Source: Nitrospirota bacterium
GTDB taxonomy: Bacteria; Nitrospirota; Thermodesulfovibrionia; Thermodesulfovibrionales; UBA9159
DNA length: 64,000 bases
Reading direction: 5' to 3'
Assembly: GCA_963699545.1 (NCBI GenBank)
Contig: CAVOUE010000006.1
Location: 406,068 to 470,067, forward strand
How positions within the stretch are numbered: the stretch's first letter is position 1; the number at the start of each line of letters is the position of its first letter. Under the pieces are notes generated by a model. The model did no database searches and was not told the DNA's origin. It worked only from the letters and a program-made list of their open reading frames with translations. Shown one piece after another: positions 9,422-20,506 of this stretch. Both the position numbers and the translations under genes were made by a program.

Positions 9422-12400
9422 ATGCTCACCAACAAGAGGAATAGTGCTCACTTGAGGGTTGATCTTAATGATATCCTCTTTCGAAGAACGATCATGTGGT
9501 TCACTGTGCTCTTATTGATCATGGTATTTCTTAATGGGGGAGTATCCTATGCCCAGAATTTGCCTGAGCTGTTCCATCAGACAGCCGGTGAGAGGACAGC
9601 GCGGGGGGTCCCTCTACTCCCCGGCGAAAGGATAACCGGCTCGATCGATCTTTCTCTGATACACCCTGACAATGACTCAACGCCCAGAATGATGTCAGCC
9701 GTCCCTGGAAAGACGCTCGTTCTCGTGAGAGACAGGGTCGAGACACGGAGAGAGGGCAATTACACCTGGGTTGGGACAGTTGAGGGAAGTGAACTGAGTA
9801 CCGTTGTTATTTCGGTAGTGGATGGTTCCCTTCATGGGCATATAGACATGGATGGAGAGACCTATTCCATAAGACCGGAAAGCGGTGCATATGTGGTGAC
9901 CAAGCACGACCCTGCGATGGTGCGCCCCTTTGAGGACGATGTCATGGTCCCCACCACAATGTCAGAGACCCTCAGGAAGACGAACGCCGTAGCGGCATAT
10001 CAGGCCCAGGAAGACGGTTCCGTTATCGATGTCCTCGTGCTCTATACACAGCAGATGCAGACCAAGTACGGGTCCAACCTGAACTCCAGGATACAGAATT
10101 TTATCGACCTTGCAAATACAGCCTATACGCAGAGCGGTGTGGACACGAGGCTGAGACTGGCCGGTGCAGCGCTTTACAATACGGCCAGCGCAGCAGAAGG
10201 CGTTACCATCAGCAACGCCCTCACGTTCATTACCTCAGACGGCCAGCTGGCGAGTTTGAGGGACACGTATAAGGCCGACCTGGTCTCACTCATACGGGTA
10301 TATGACGGCGTCAGTTCATCGTGTGGAATTGCGTGGCTAATGACCGACGTGAGCCCCGCATTTGAAGGCAATGCCTTCTCCGTGGTTGAGGTGCGTTCTG
10401 CCTCAGAGGCTATTCCCCCCTACTATTATTATTGTGACGACAGGAGCTTTGCACACGAACTCGGACACAACATGGGATGTCATCATGACCGGGCCCATGC
10501 AGGGGGAGGCACCGGCGCTTTTCCTTTCTCATATGGATATGACAGTGCAGGCGTGTTCGGGACCATCATGAGCTATGTCGGCCCGCGGATCACGTATTTC
10601 TCAACACCGTTCGTATCGTACAGCGGAATACCCATTGGAGTGGATGTGGACCAGCCCTATCCAGCCTTTAATGCGCTCACGATAAATGAGACGCGGGTCA
10701 CGGTCGCCAACTTCAGACTCGCCGGCTGCAGTATTCTCATCAGCCCCGCCAGTGCCTCTTATGGTCCGTCTGAAGGGACAGGCTCCGTAACTATTGCTGC
10801 TGATAGCAGCTGCGCCTGGACAGCTACAAGCAATGTGCCGTGGATCACGATCACCTCCGGCGACGGCGGGGCAGGGAACGGAACTGTTGAGTATTCTGTT
10901 TCTAATAATACCGGGGGCCAGAGGACAGGCACGTTGTCGATCGCCGGACAGACCTTCACCGTTATTCAGGGGAAGGAGATCACCCCTCCAACCGCTTCAC
11001 CAGCCATCAATGGAGGGGCTCTTGCCACGAGGTCCACCGCTGTCACCCTTGCACTGAATGCTACGGATACAAGCGGGGTGTCCCAGATGTGCATCAGCAA
11101 TACCCTTACCTGCACCTCGTGGACATCCTACACACCCACAAGATCATGGACGCTGCCTTCAGGGGACGGAACAAAGACCGTCTATGCATGGTTCAGGGAC
11201 ATATGGGGCAACCAGAATACCACACCTTTTTCGGCTTCGATCATCCTTGACACCACCGCACCGGTCAACGGCGTGCTCACCCCATCGGTGGGCAATGCCC
11301 AGGTAACATTAAACTGGTCAGGGTTTACCGATGCGGGAAGCGGGGTGGCAAGCTATAAACTTGTATACAGAACAGGCTCTGCTCCCTCCTCCTGTTCAAG
11401 CGGAACTGCCATCTATACCGGTGCAGACACCTCATATCCCCACACAGGGCTCGTCAACGGCACGACATACTATTACAGGCTCTGCGCTATTGACCGGCTG
11501 GGGAACACCTCCTCCGGCGCTGCTGCAAGCGCTCGCCCTGTCCCTGAGACCGCCCCTCCTGTCGGTCCTCCCATCGGCGCTCTTGTGCTTATCAACGGTG
11601 GTGCGGACTTTACGAAGTCCACCTCCGTCACCCTTGGGCTGAATGCTACGGATACAAGCGGGGTGTCCCAGATGTGCATCAGCAATACCCTTACCTGCAC
11701 CTCGTGGACATCCTACACACCCACAAGATCATGGACACTGTCTTCAGGGGACGGAACAAAGACCGTCTATGCATGGTTCAGGGACATATGGGGCAACCAG
11801 AATACCACACCTTTTTCGGCTTCGATCATCCTTGACACTACCGCACCGGTCAACGGCGTGCTCACCCCATCGGTGGGCAATGCCCAGGTAACATTGAACT
11901 GGTCAGGGTTTACCGATGCGGGAAGTGGGCTGGCAAGCTATAAACTTGTATACAGAACAGGCTCTGCTCCCTCCTCCTGTTCAAGCGGAACTGCCATCTA
12001 TACCGGTGCAGACACCTCATATCCCCACACAGGGCTCGTCAACGGCACGACATACTATTACAGGCTCTGCGCAATTGACCGGCTGGGGAACACCTCCTCC
12101 GGCGCTGCTGCAAGCGCTCGCCCTGTCCCTGAGACCGCCCCTCCTGTCGGTCCTCCCATCGGCGCTCTTGTGCTTATCAACGGTGGTGCGGACTTTACGA
12201 GGTCCACCGCTGTCACCCTTGCACTGAATGCTACGGATACGAGCGGGGTGTCCCAGATGTGCATCAGCAATACCCTTACCTGCACCTCGTGGACATCCTA
12301 CACACCCACAAGATCATGGACGCTGCCTTCAGGGGACGGAACAAAGACCGTCTATGCATGGTTCAGGGACATATGGGGCAACCAGAATACCACACCTTTT

Positions 12401-12724
12401 TCGGCTTCGATCATCCTTGACACTACCGCACCGGTCAACGGGGTGCTCACCCCATCGGTGGGCAATGCCCAGGTAACATTGAACTGGTCAGGGTTTACCG
12501 ATGCGGGAAGCGGGCTGGCAAGCTATAAACTTGTATACAGAACAGGCTCTGCTCCCTCCTCCTGTTCAAGCGGAACTGCCATCTATACCGGTGCAGACAC
12601 CTCATATCCCCACACAGGGCTCGTCAACGGCACGACATACTATTACAGGCTCTGCGCTATTGACCGGCTGGGGAACACCTCCTCCGGCGCCGCTGCAAGC
12701 GCACGGCCGGTGCAGACTCCTTAA
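9422..12724 (+). CDS. Secreted reprolysin-like (M12) zinc metallopeptidase with a BACON-like Ig domain and three ~195-aa tandem repeats containing Fn3-like domains
   Basis: HELGHNMGCHH zinc motif, TIMSY Met-turn, signal peptide, CAWTATSNVPWITI (BACON-like); SD AGGAG before ATG 9422. Confidence 0.88.
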   Translation: MLTNKRNSAHLRVDLNDILFRRTIMWFTVLLLIMVFLNGGVSYAQNLPELFHQTAGERTARGVPLLPGERITGSIDLSLIHPDNDSTPRMMSAVPGKTLVLVRDRVETRREGNYTWVGTVEGSELSTVVISVVDGSLHGHIDMDGETYSIRPESGAYVVTKHDPAMVRPFEDDVMVPTTMSETLRKTNAVAAYQAQEDGSVIDVLVLYTQQMQTKYGSNLNSRIQNFIDLANTAYTQSGVDTRLRLAGAALYNTASAAEGVTISNALTFITSDGQLASLRDTYKADLVSLIRVYDGVSSSCGIAWLMTDVSPAFEGNAFSVVEVRSASEAIPPYYYYCDDRSFAHELGHNMGCHHDRAHAGGGTGAFPFSYGYDSAGVFGTIMSYVGPRITYFSTPFVSYSGIPIGVDVDQPYPAFNALTINETRVTVANFRLAGCSILISPASASYGPSEGTGSVTIAADSSCAWTATSNVPWITITSGDGGAGNGTVEYSVSNNTGGQRTGTLSIAGQTFTVIQGKEITPPTASPAINGGALATRSTAVTLALNATDTSGVSQMCISNTLTCTSWTSYTPTRSWTLPSGDGTKTVYAWFRDIWGNQNTTPFSASIILDTTAPVNGVLTPSVGNAQVTLNWSGFTDAGSGVASYKLVYRTGSAPSSCSSGTAIYTGADTSYPHTGLVNGTTYYYRLCAIDRLGNTSSGAAASARPVPETAPPVGPPIGALVLINGGADFTKSTSVTLGLNATDTSGVSQMCISNTLTCTSWTSYTPTRSWTLSSGDGTKTVYAWFRDIWGNQNTTPFSASIILDTTAPVNGVLTPSVGNAQVTLNWSGFTDAGSGLASYKLVYRTGSAPSSCSSGTAIYTGADTSYPHTGLVNGTTYYYRLCAIDRLGNTSSGAAASARPVPETAPPVGPPIGALVLINGGADFTRSTAVTLALNATDTSGVSQMCISNTLTCTSWTSYTPTRSWTLPSGDGTKTVYAWFRDIWGNQNTTPFSASIILDTTAPVNGVLTPSVGNAQVTLNWSGFTDAGSGLASYKLVYRTGSAPSSCSSGTAIYTGADTSYPHTGLVNGTTYYYRLCAIDRLGNTSSGAAASARPVQTP
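11006..12710 (+). repeat. Three intragenic tandem repeats with a 585-bp period, nearly identical
   Basis: Equivalent positions at 11058/11643/12228 and 11331/11916/12501; only scattered substitutions. Confidence 0.97.
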
Positions 12725-12744
12725 GGTGAATTTGGGAGACCGGC

Positions 12745-15700
12745 CTAGCTTAATCTCTTCATCACATCATATGAGACTGAGAGAGAATCACCTTTTTTCA
12801 TAAGTCCCTTAAGATCGAGCTCAAAACCATCCTTATGGAACCGGATACCGTGGAATGTTTGCTGAAGGGCCAGCACCTTTTCTGCTGCAACAGGAGCAGT
12901 CTTTGAAAACACCAATCGTATCTTCCTGTCAATCTCCGAGATTCTCGAAATGGAAAGCCTTCTCGCCATGATCTTCAGCCTCATGATCTCAAGGAGATTG
13001 CCGACCTCATCCGGCAGATCCCCAAAGCGGTCCTTCATCTCTGATCCCATATCTTCAAGATCCTCCGTGTTCTTTGCGTTGGCTATCCGCCTGTACACAC
13101 TTAACCTGACCGTCATGTCCTCGATATAGCTTTCCGGAATCAGGGCCGCCGCCTGCAATGTGATGGACGGTTCTATCTCCTCTTTCACCTCCATACCCTT
13201 CAGCTCAGCAACGGCATTTTCGAGCATCTCCACATACATATCGAATCCCACAGCATGGATGTGTCCTGACTGTTCAGCACCAAGGAGGTTCCCCGCCCCC
13301 CTCATCTCGAGGTCCTTCATGGCCAGCCTGAACCCTGCCCCGAGATAGCTCATCTCCCGGATCGCCTGGAGCCTCTTTTTCGCTTCCTCGGTGATAACAT
13401 CCATTCCCGGTACAAGGAAATATGCATACGCCCTCACATTGCTCCTTCCCACCCTCCCCCTGAGCTGATAAAGGTCTGAGAGCCCTATTTTGTCAGCCCG
13501 GTCCATGATAATGGTGTTGGCGGTGGGAATGTCGATACCGGACCCGATGATCGTTGTCGAAACCAGCACATCGATCTCCCTGTTGATAAATTTCAGCATA
13601 ACCTCTTCGAGCCTCTTCTCCGCCATCTGGCCGTGGCCAACGGCGAATCGGGCATCCGGCAGAAGCCGCTTTAAAAGAGCAGACACCTTTTCAATGTCAT
13701 GCACCGTGTTGTGTACAAAGAGGACCTGACCGCTCCGCTGGAGTTCCCTTTCCATGGCCTCCTTTATCAGCGCCTCATCAAAAACCGCAACAACGCTCCT
13801 CACTGCAAGCCTTTCTTCAGGGGGTGTCTCGATAATGCTCATTCCCCTGATCCCCGAAAGGGCCATGTGGAGCGTCCGCGGGATGGGAGTGGCGGTCATG
13901 CTCAGGACATCCACGCCTTTCTTGATCTCTTTGATCTTCTCCTTCTGGCCGACACCGAACCTGTGCTCCTCGTCAATGATCAGAAGGCCGAGACCGCTGA
14001 AGGAGATATCCCGCCGGAGAAGCCCGTGAGTGCCGATGATGATATCGGTCTCGCCCTTCGCCAGCGACTGTATCGTCAGGGCCTGCTCCTTCCTTGATTT
14101 GAACCTGCTCAGGTAGTCTATCTTTACCGGAAATCCCGAGAACCTGCTCTTGAACGTGAGATAATGCTGCTCGCACAAAATGGTGGTGGGCACCAGGACC
14201 GCAACCTGCTTGCCATCATACACCGCCTTAAATGCTGCCCGCATGGCCACTTCGGTCTTTCCATACCCGACATCCCCGCATAAGAGCCTGTCCATAGGCC
14301 TTTCAGTCTCCATGTCACGGCCGATCTCCTCTATTGCCTTTATCTGGTCAGGCGTCTCCTCATAGGGGAAGAATTCATAGAACTCCCTGTGAAGTTCTGT
14401 ATCACCGCTGAAAGAGACGCTGTTCGTCACCTCCCTTTCCGCATAGAGCCTGAGGAGCTTCTCCGCCATCTCTTTCACGGCCTTCCTAACTTTTTCCCTC
14501 CTCCTCTGCCACGCCTTCCCGCCGAGCCGGTCCAGGGAAGGGGACACCCCTTCCGCTGCACTGTATTTCTTTATCCTGTCGATGTTGTAAAGAGGAATGT
14601 AGAGCCTGTCACCGCCGGCATATTCAAGGACCATAAGGTCCCCACCCGCATCACTTGTCTCCTCTTTGCTGATGCCGATGAACCTTCCTATGCCGTGGTC
14701 CCTGTGAACCACAAAATCACCCGAGGTGATGTCGTCCATGGAAGTGAGCAGATGAGACACCCTTGATTTCTTCAGCGACCTGTACAGGGGCCTTTCACCG
14801 AAGATCTCTTTCTCCGTCAGAACCAGAAAGCCGGGAAGGAAAAAGCCCGATGAGAGCTTCCCTTTTGTGATGGCAAGTGCACCTTCGTACTTCACGAGTT
14901 CTCCACTGCCTATTATGGGTGCGATGACGCCGCCATCAAAAAGGATATCCTTAACCCTCTCTGCCTGTCCCTCCGACGACGAAACAATGATCACCCTGTT
15001 GTCCCTGCTGAGGGATGATATCGCATGAGCGACGTCGCTCAGAGGATCTTCTTTCGTCAGGGTATATCCCGAGTCCGCTCAGGGAGAGCAGTCCCGCATC
15101 ATGCCCCTCCCCTTTAATGTCAAACCGGGAGAGATGAATGGCATTGACCCTGCCCGAGGGTTCACCTCTCTGTGAATCCACCAGAAAGAGGCCGGCATCC
15201 GTAAACAAGGTGATGGTCTCTGCAGTGGAAGGAGGCGCTGCGGGAAAGACAAGGGGTTTTTCGACCTCGCCGATGGAGCGCTGGGAGTCAATGTCAAAGG
15301 ACTTGATCCGCTCAATTTCATCCCCAAAAAATTCTATTCGCAGGGGATATTCTGCCGTCGAAGGGAAGATGTCCAGCAACCATCCCTTTGCGCTGTATTC
15401 CCCCTTTTCCAGTACGATCGAAACCCTCCGGTACCCGAGCGCTCGCAAACGGTTCTCTATGACGTCCCGTTCCATTTCCCTTCCCGTTTCAAAACGAAGG
15501 GATCTCCTTTCCAGTTCTTCCGGAAGCCATACAGGCGCATTCACTCCGTTGACAGAGGTTACGATGGAATCTTGTCCCGTGAGCTCATGGACAACCTGGG
15601 CTCTCTTTCCCGAAGCTTCCGGTCCATTGGGTTCAGGGAGGAAGTGTATTTTCCTCGCACCATTATGCAGCATTGCCAGGAAGAACCGGATATCCTCAAA

Positions 15701-15868
15701 CAGACCTGATGCAGCTTCTTCTGTCTGCTCGGCCACAATAAAGGGCTCCTCCTGCAGGCTCAGGAGCAGGGCCAGAGAGGAACCCGACAGGTTGCAGATG
15801 CGGGAAATACCCGGCGGTACGCTGAAGAAATGCCTGATGTCGGAAATTGATACCATTTTGTTCCCCAT
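12745..15868 (-). CDS. mfd: Transcription-repair coupling factor (frameshift near 15042)
   Basis: CarD-like VVHRDHGIG, GDVGYGKT, DEEHRFG, TATPIPRT, QLRGRVGRS and TRCF C-terminus; UvrB-homology N-part in ORF 14951-15868. Confidence 0.95.
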
Positions 15869-16121
15869 GTGCCTTAGCCGTTCAAAAGAAATTCACCCGG
15901 GGTTTCTTGCTCATCACCATACAACCTGGATGGCCGATTGCAGACGATCAAACCGTAAATTTTTCGATGCCGACTATTGTAAATTTCTTGAGAAGGGCTA
16001 GGGCACATAATGATTCCTGTGGATTTATGATTCTTGTCAAGCCCACAAATGAAAAACGTCGCGTTTAAAAGCTTTGAAACCAGATATACCAGAGGATCGA
16101 TGACCTATTTTCCACGAAAAA

Positions 16122-16601
16122 TCAGGCTCGAAGCTTCTTTATCTTCTCTATGATTTCCGTAGTCGATATCCCTCTGATGTACGGCAGACTGCGCGTGTCG
16201 GGAACGACATCGGAGCCGACGATCTCTTCTCTTTGCCAGTCGCCTCCCTTCACCAGCACATCAGGTCTCAGGAGCTTGACCAGCTCATAGGGCGTATCTT
16301 CCCCGAACATCGTGACATAATCCACCATCTCCAGACTCGCGACCACTTCCGCCCGCTGCGCCTCAGGGATTACCGGTCGTCCCGGTTTGATCCCCGACAC
16401 GGAACGGTCCGTGTTCAGCGCCACAACGAGAACATCACCGAGACCCCGTGCTTCCCTCAAGTACCTCACATGGCCGATGTGGATGATATCAAAACAGCCG
16501 TTGGTAAAGACCACCCTTTTGCCTGCGGCCTTTACAGTATCGACAGCCTGCTTCAACTCATTCCATTCAAGAATTATACCCATATTCGGATCTGCATACA
16601 T
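16122..16601 (-). CDS. rfaE2: D-glycero-beta-D-manno-heptose 1-phosphate adenylyltransferase (start may be 16583)
   Basis: VFTNGCFDIIHIGH, KPGRP, LVKGGDW, STTEII. Confidence 0.9.
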   Translation of the reverse strand: MYADPNMGIILEWNELKQAVDTVKAAGKRVVFTNGCFDIIHIGHVRYLREARGLGDVLVVALNTDRSVSGIKPGRPVIPEAQRAEVVASLEMVDYVTMFGEDTPYELVKLLRPDVLVKGGDWQREEIVGSDVVPDTRSLPYIRGISTTEIIEKIKKLRA

Positions 16602-16666
16602 TGTTCAGAACAACGGTTCAAACCATCCGCAAACTCAGTTGTCGCATTTAACAGTTTCGAACGCGA

Positions 16667-16693
16667 CGTCCCGACGCGGATGAGATCGGGACG
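16667..16693. repeat. Short GC-rich palindrome just after the NUDIX stop (REP-like or terminator-like)
   Basis: cgtcccga (16667-16674) pairs with tcgggacg (16686-16693). Confidence 0.4.
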
Positions 16694-16697
16694 CGGG

Positions 16698-17138
16698 TCA
16701 CAATACTGAGAGCATCTCCTTTGCCTTCCGGACGATCTCCCTGTCACCCTTGTAGCTCACCCTGCTCAGAGCCTCTTCCAGGGGAAACCACTCCGCCGCG
16801 TCCACCTCCCAGTTGTGGTCTGATGTGCTACCGCTTACATACTCGATCAGATAGAAGTGCACCGTTTTCCTGCACTTTGCATTATCCTCCTTAATGTAGT
16901 ACCAGTAGGAGATATCCCCTATCCTTTCCACGATCCTGCCGGAAAGACCCGTCTCTTCCCTCACTTCCCTCACCGCGGTGTCCTGGGTTTCTTCTCCCTT
17001 TTCGACGATCCCCTTGGGCAAGGACCAGACCCTGCCGTCCTTCACCGCAACAAGAGCGATCTCCAGGGTATTTTCCGGAGTCTTCCTGAATATCACTCCT
17101 CCCGAGGAGACCTGTGTTTTTATGGTTGCCGGTCTCAT
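16698..17138 (-). CDS. NUDIX hydrolase (Ap4A hydrolase-like)
   Basis: LPKGIVEKGEETQDTAVREVREETG Nudix box. Confidence 0.9.
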   Translation of the reverse strand: MRPATIKTQVSSGGVIFRKTPENTLEIALVAVKDGRVWSLPKGIVEKGEETQDTAVREVREETGLSGRIVERIGDISYWYYIKEDNAKCRKTVHFYLIEYVSGSTSDHNWEVDAAEWFPLEEALSRVSYKGDREIVRKAKEMLSVL

Positions 17139-18481
17139 TACGGGATCAGCTTCCCCGTGATGAGCCTCATGATATCGTTATAGAAGGCAAAGACCATGAG
17201 GGTGATGATTGCCGCCAGCCCCGCCCTCTGGGCGATCATGATCACCTTTTCACTCACGGGTTTCCTTCGCACCGCTTCGATCAGGAGGAACAGCACATGA
17301 CCTCCGTCGAGCATCGGGATGGGGAGGAGGTTCAGCACGCCGAGATTGATACTGATAACAGCAAGAAACGTGAAGAAGCTCAATGCACCGTGGGCCGCCT
17401 GCTGCCCTGCCATCTGGAAAATGAGTATGGGCCCGCCTATCGTTTCCGCAGGGATGACGCGCTGGATGAGCTTTACGATCGAAACCACCGTGAGCACCGA
17501 AACGTCCCATGTCCTCATCACTCCAAAGCGGATGGCCTCCACAGGACCATACCTCTTCATGAAATCGTTTCCGAGAGGCCTCACGCCGATGAGGCCGATC
17601 TCTTTCTTCTCTCCGCCGGGGACAGTAAAGGCACTCTTTTCAGGAGTGATGGTGACCTCAGTGAGACGCTCGCCCCTCTTTATCCTGAACTTCAGAGCTT
17701 TTCCGGGACTCTCGTGGATGATTGCGGTCATGTCCTGCCACGTCTTCAGGGCAGTGTCCTCTATCGCCACAATCCTGTCGCCTTTCTGAAGGCCCGCCTT
17801 CTCAGCAGGAGAGCCTTTCGTGACTTCCCCGACGTCAGGATAAAGAAGTGGGGAAATGCCGATATTCCAGACCTCCCTGTTCTCTCCGAAGATATCCTTC
17901 TCAACCTTCTTCTCCGGCGTTACGGAAAGCTCTTTGACCGCTTCTCCTCTCTTTATCGTAAAGAGAAGTGTCTTCCCCTGACTGCTGTTCATGAACGACT
18001 CTATTTCATCCCAGCTTCTCACTGCGCCTCCGTCGATCGTCATAACCCGGTCACCCGTCATCAGACCTGACCTGGCAGCAGGGGAGCTGTCAGCAATCTT
18101 TCCGATGTCAGGGTACGGTACGGGAACGCCTGAAGCAGATATGAGAGCGAATACAAAAGCGGCGAAGAGAATGTTAAAGAGAGGGCCCGAGAGCACAATG
18201 AGGACCCGCTTTCCCACCGGCTGAGCGTTATATGCCCTCGCCCTGTCATCGTCCGTGATCTCATCCCCTGACTCTTCCCCCAGCATCTTCACGTATCCGC
18301 CCAGAGGGACTGCGGAGATCAGATATTCGGTCTCTCCGTATTTTTTCCCCACGACCCTGGGACCAAATCCCAGGGAAAACTTCAGGACCTTCACATTCGC
18401 CAGTTTTGCGAAGAGAAAATGGCCCAGCTCATGGACAAAGATAAGAATGCCCAGAAGTATGAGTGCGTAAAAAATCGTCAT
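17138..18481 (-). CDS. rseP: RIP metalloprotease RseP
   Basis: HELGH, two PDZ domains, NLLPIPMLDGG. Confidence 0.96.
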   Translation of the reverse strand: MTIFYALILLGILIFVHELGHFLFAKLANVKVLKFSLGFGPRVVGKKYGETEYLISAVPLGGYVKMLGEESGDEITDDDRARAYNAQPVGKRVLIVLSGPLFNILFAAFVFALISASGVPVPYPDIGKIADSSPAARSGLMTGDRVMTIDGGAVRSWDEIESFMNSSQGKTLLFTIKRGEAVKELSVTPEKKVEKDIFGENREVWNIGISPLLYPDVGEVTKGSPAEKAGLQKGDRIVAIEDTALKTWQDMTAIIHESPGKALKFRIKRGERLTEVTITPEKSAFTVPGGEKKEIGLIGVRPLGNDFMKRYGPVEAIRFGVMRTWDVSVLTVVSIVKLIQRVIPAETIGGPILIFQMAGQQAAHGALSFFTFLAVISINLGVLNLLPIPMLDGGHVLFLLIEAVRRKPVSEKVIMIAQRAGLAAIITLMVFAFYNDIMRLITGKLIP

Positions 18482-18565
18482 TGTGTTTCCTTATCCTATG
18501 AAGCGTAATTCGGCAAGCGGTATTCAGCCGGGTCGTCAGACCCTCCACTCCTCACGCATAGCGTC

Positions 18566-19717
18566 TCACATCTTCTTTATATATTCCTCGGCCTTTTCCC
18601 GCGCCCACCGGTCCGCATCGATCACGACATCCAGTTCTGCCGCCTTCTGCGTCTTGTGGGAATGCATTGTCCTCTTAATTATAACAGGGATGTGGGTAAA
18701 TGATATCCTTCCTTTGAGGAAGGCATTGACCATCACCTCGTTGGCAGCATTGAGAACTGCGGGCATCGTTCCCCCTTCCCTCAGGGCATCGTAGGCAAAG
18801 CCCAGACAGGGAAAGCTCTCTGAATCAGGCCTCTCAAAGGTGAGTTTGCCGATGGCGTCAAGCTCCAGGGGCGGCACCGTATTGTCCAGTCTCTGCGGAT
18901 ACGAAAGGGCATAGGCGATGGGTCCTCTCATATCGGGCATGGATATCTGGGCCAGCAGGCCTCCGTCAGTGAACTCCACCATCGAATGCACAATGCTCTG
19001 GGGATGTACGAGCACATCAATACGGTCGGCATCGAGAGCGAAAAGATGGGAAGCCTCGATCACTTCAAGGCCTTTGTTCATCAGGGTCGCGGAGTCGATG
19101 GTGACTTTCTTCCCCATCTTCCACTTCGGGTGTTTCAGGGCATCTTCCGGGGTAACTCCTTTCAATTCCTCAAGGGTCCTCCCCATGAAGGGACCTCCCG
19201 ATGCAGTGAGGATCACTCTCCTCACATACCTTCGATCGTGACCTTCAATGCATTGAAAGATTGCGCTGTGCTCACTGTCAACGGGCAGGATTACAACCCC
19301 GTGGCCCTTTGCTTCCTCCATGACGATAGTGCCCGCGATGACGAGCGTTTCCTTGTTGGCAAGTCCTATCGCCTTGCCTGCTCTGATGGCATGAAGCGTC
19401 GGTATCAATCCGCTGAAACCGACAAGGGCGGAAAGCACAAAGTCAGCTCGGTCATATGACGCGACCGCATTTATTCCCTCCCCGCCGGCGAGGACCTCCG
19501 GCCTCGGTCCAAGTCTTTTCCTGAGCTCTTGCGCATCGCCCTCTCCCGCCACCGCCACGATCTCGGGCTGGAAGGTGTTCACCTGGCTTTCCAGGAGATC
19601 AATATTTCTCCCCGCCACGAGTCCGGCCACGGCAAACCTGTCCCTGCTCCGTGAGATCACCTCAAGGGCCATTCTGCCGATGGACCCGGTAGAACCGAGG
19701 ATCACTATCCGTTTCAT
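18566..19717 (-). CDS. dxr: 1-deoxy-D-xylulose-5-phosphate reductoisomerase
   Basis: MKRIVILGSTGSIG, LANKE, PVDSEHSA, HPKWKMG; ATGA overlap with the cdsA stop. Confidence 0.97.
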   Translation of the reverse strand: MKRIVILGSTGSIGRMALEVISRSRDRFAVAGLVAGRNIDLLESQVNTFQPEIVAVAGEGDAQELRKRLGPRPEVLAGGEGINAVASYDRADFVLSALVGFSGLIPTLHAIRAGKAIGLANKETLVIAGTIVMEEAKGHGVVILPVDSEHSAIFQCIEGHDRRYVRRVILTASGGPFMGRTLEELKGVTPEDALKHPKWKMGKKVTIDSATLMNKGLEVIEASHLFALDADRIDVLVHPQSIVHSMVEFTDGGLLAQISMPDMRGPIAYALSYPQRLDNTVPPLELDAIGKLTFERPDSESFPCLGFAYDALREGGTMPAVLNAANEVMVNAFLKGRISFTHIPVIIKRTMHSHKTQKAAELDVVIDADRWAREKAEEYIKKM

Positions 19718-20505
19718 TTCGCCAGGCCTGCAGCGAGACAGACCCAATAGAGGACAGGCCCCGCAAAAAGCACTCCGTCTATTTTATCAAGGACGCCCCC
19801 GTGCCCGGGGATTAAAGCGCTGGAATCCTTGACCCCGGCATCCCGCTTGAACATCGACTCCACGAGGTCGCCGACTATTGTGGTCGCCCCTATGATGATG
19901 CCGATCACGAGCGATTCGAACAGGGTCATGGAATGCATCAGGAGGAGGTTCAGCAGGTACCCTGAAAAGGCTCCCCCGGTCAGGGAACCCACAGCTCCCG
20001 CAACGGTCTTGTTCGGGCTCACTTCCCTATAGAGCCTCCTCCTGCCAAGAGTCTTGCCCACATAGAACGCGAAACTGTCAGAAGCCCACACGCATCCGTA
20101 AAGGAAGATTATCCATTCGGGGCCCATACCCCTCAGCGAGAGCTGGGACGCAAGAAGCCCAGGGATATAGAACAGTGCAAGCAGCGAAGGCGAAAGATCG
20201 CGAAGAGATGAGGCGGGATCCCTCTTGCCGAAAAGCCTGACCGCCGCAGTCGCCATAACGGAGAACACAAGAACGTGGGGGAAGAGGTTCTCCGAGACAT
20301 ACGCGGACCCGAACAGAAGGACACCGAAGAGTATCCCCGAATTCTTCATAAGCCCGTCAACACGATACATCGTGTAGAACTCCCATTGGGCAATAATAGA
20401 CACGGTGAGAAGGAGGACAAAGAAAGCGACGTCGGGAAGTCTCATGACGAAGAGGTAGAAGACGGGAAGGAGGATGACCGCAACGAGCAGTCTCTTGGCG
20501 TGCAT
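19714..20505 (-). CDS. cdsA: Phosphatidate cytidylyltransferase
   Basis: SPNKTVAG, GDLVESMFKRDAGVKDS, PGHGGVLDKIDG. Confidence 0.96.
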   Translation of the reverse strand: MHAKRLLVAVILLPVFYLFVMRLPDVAFFVLLLTVSIIAQWEFYTMYRVDGLMKNSGILFGVLLFGSAYVSENLFPHVLVFSVMATAAVRLFGKRDPASSLRDLSPSLLALFYIPGLLASQLSLRGMGPEWIIFLYGCVWASDSFAFYVGKTLGRRRLYREVSPNKTVAGAVGSLTGGAFSGYLLNLLLMHSMTLFESLVIGIIIGATTIVGDLVESMFKRDAGVKDSSALIPGHGGVLDKIDGVLFAGPVLYWVCLAAGLAK

Positions 20506-20506
20506 G

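Noticed and set aside
11006-12710. Long direct repeats as a CRISPR array or DGR template/variable repeat
   Set aside because: The units are 585 bp, contiguous and in frame within one CDS; there are no spacers, differences are not adenine-specific, and no cas or reverse transcriptase gene is present.
17114-18070. Long antisense ORFs (for example 17114-18070, 25762-26817, 29017-29943, 33091-34116, 51623-52645, 55455-56573)
   Set aside because: Shadow frames opposite well-supported genes in GC-rich DNA, with no motifs.
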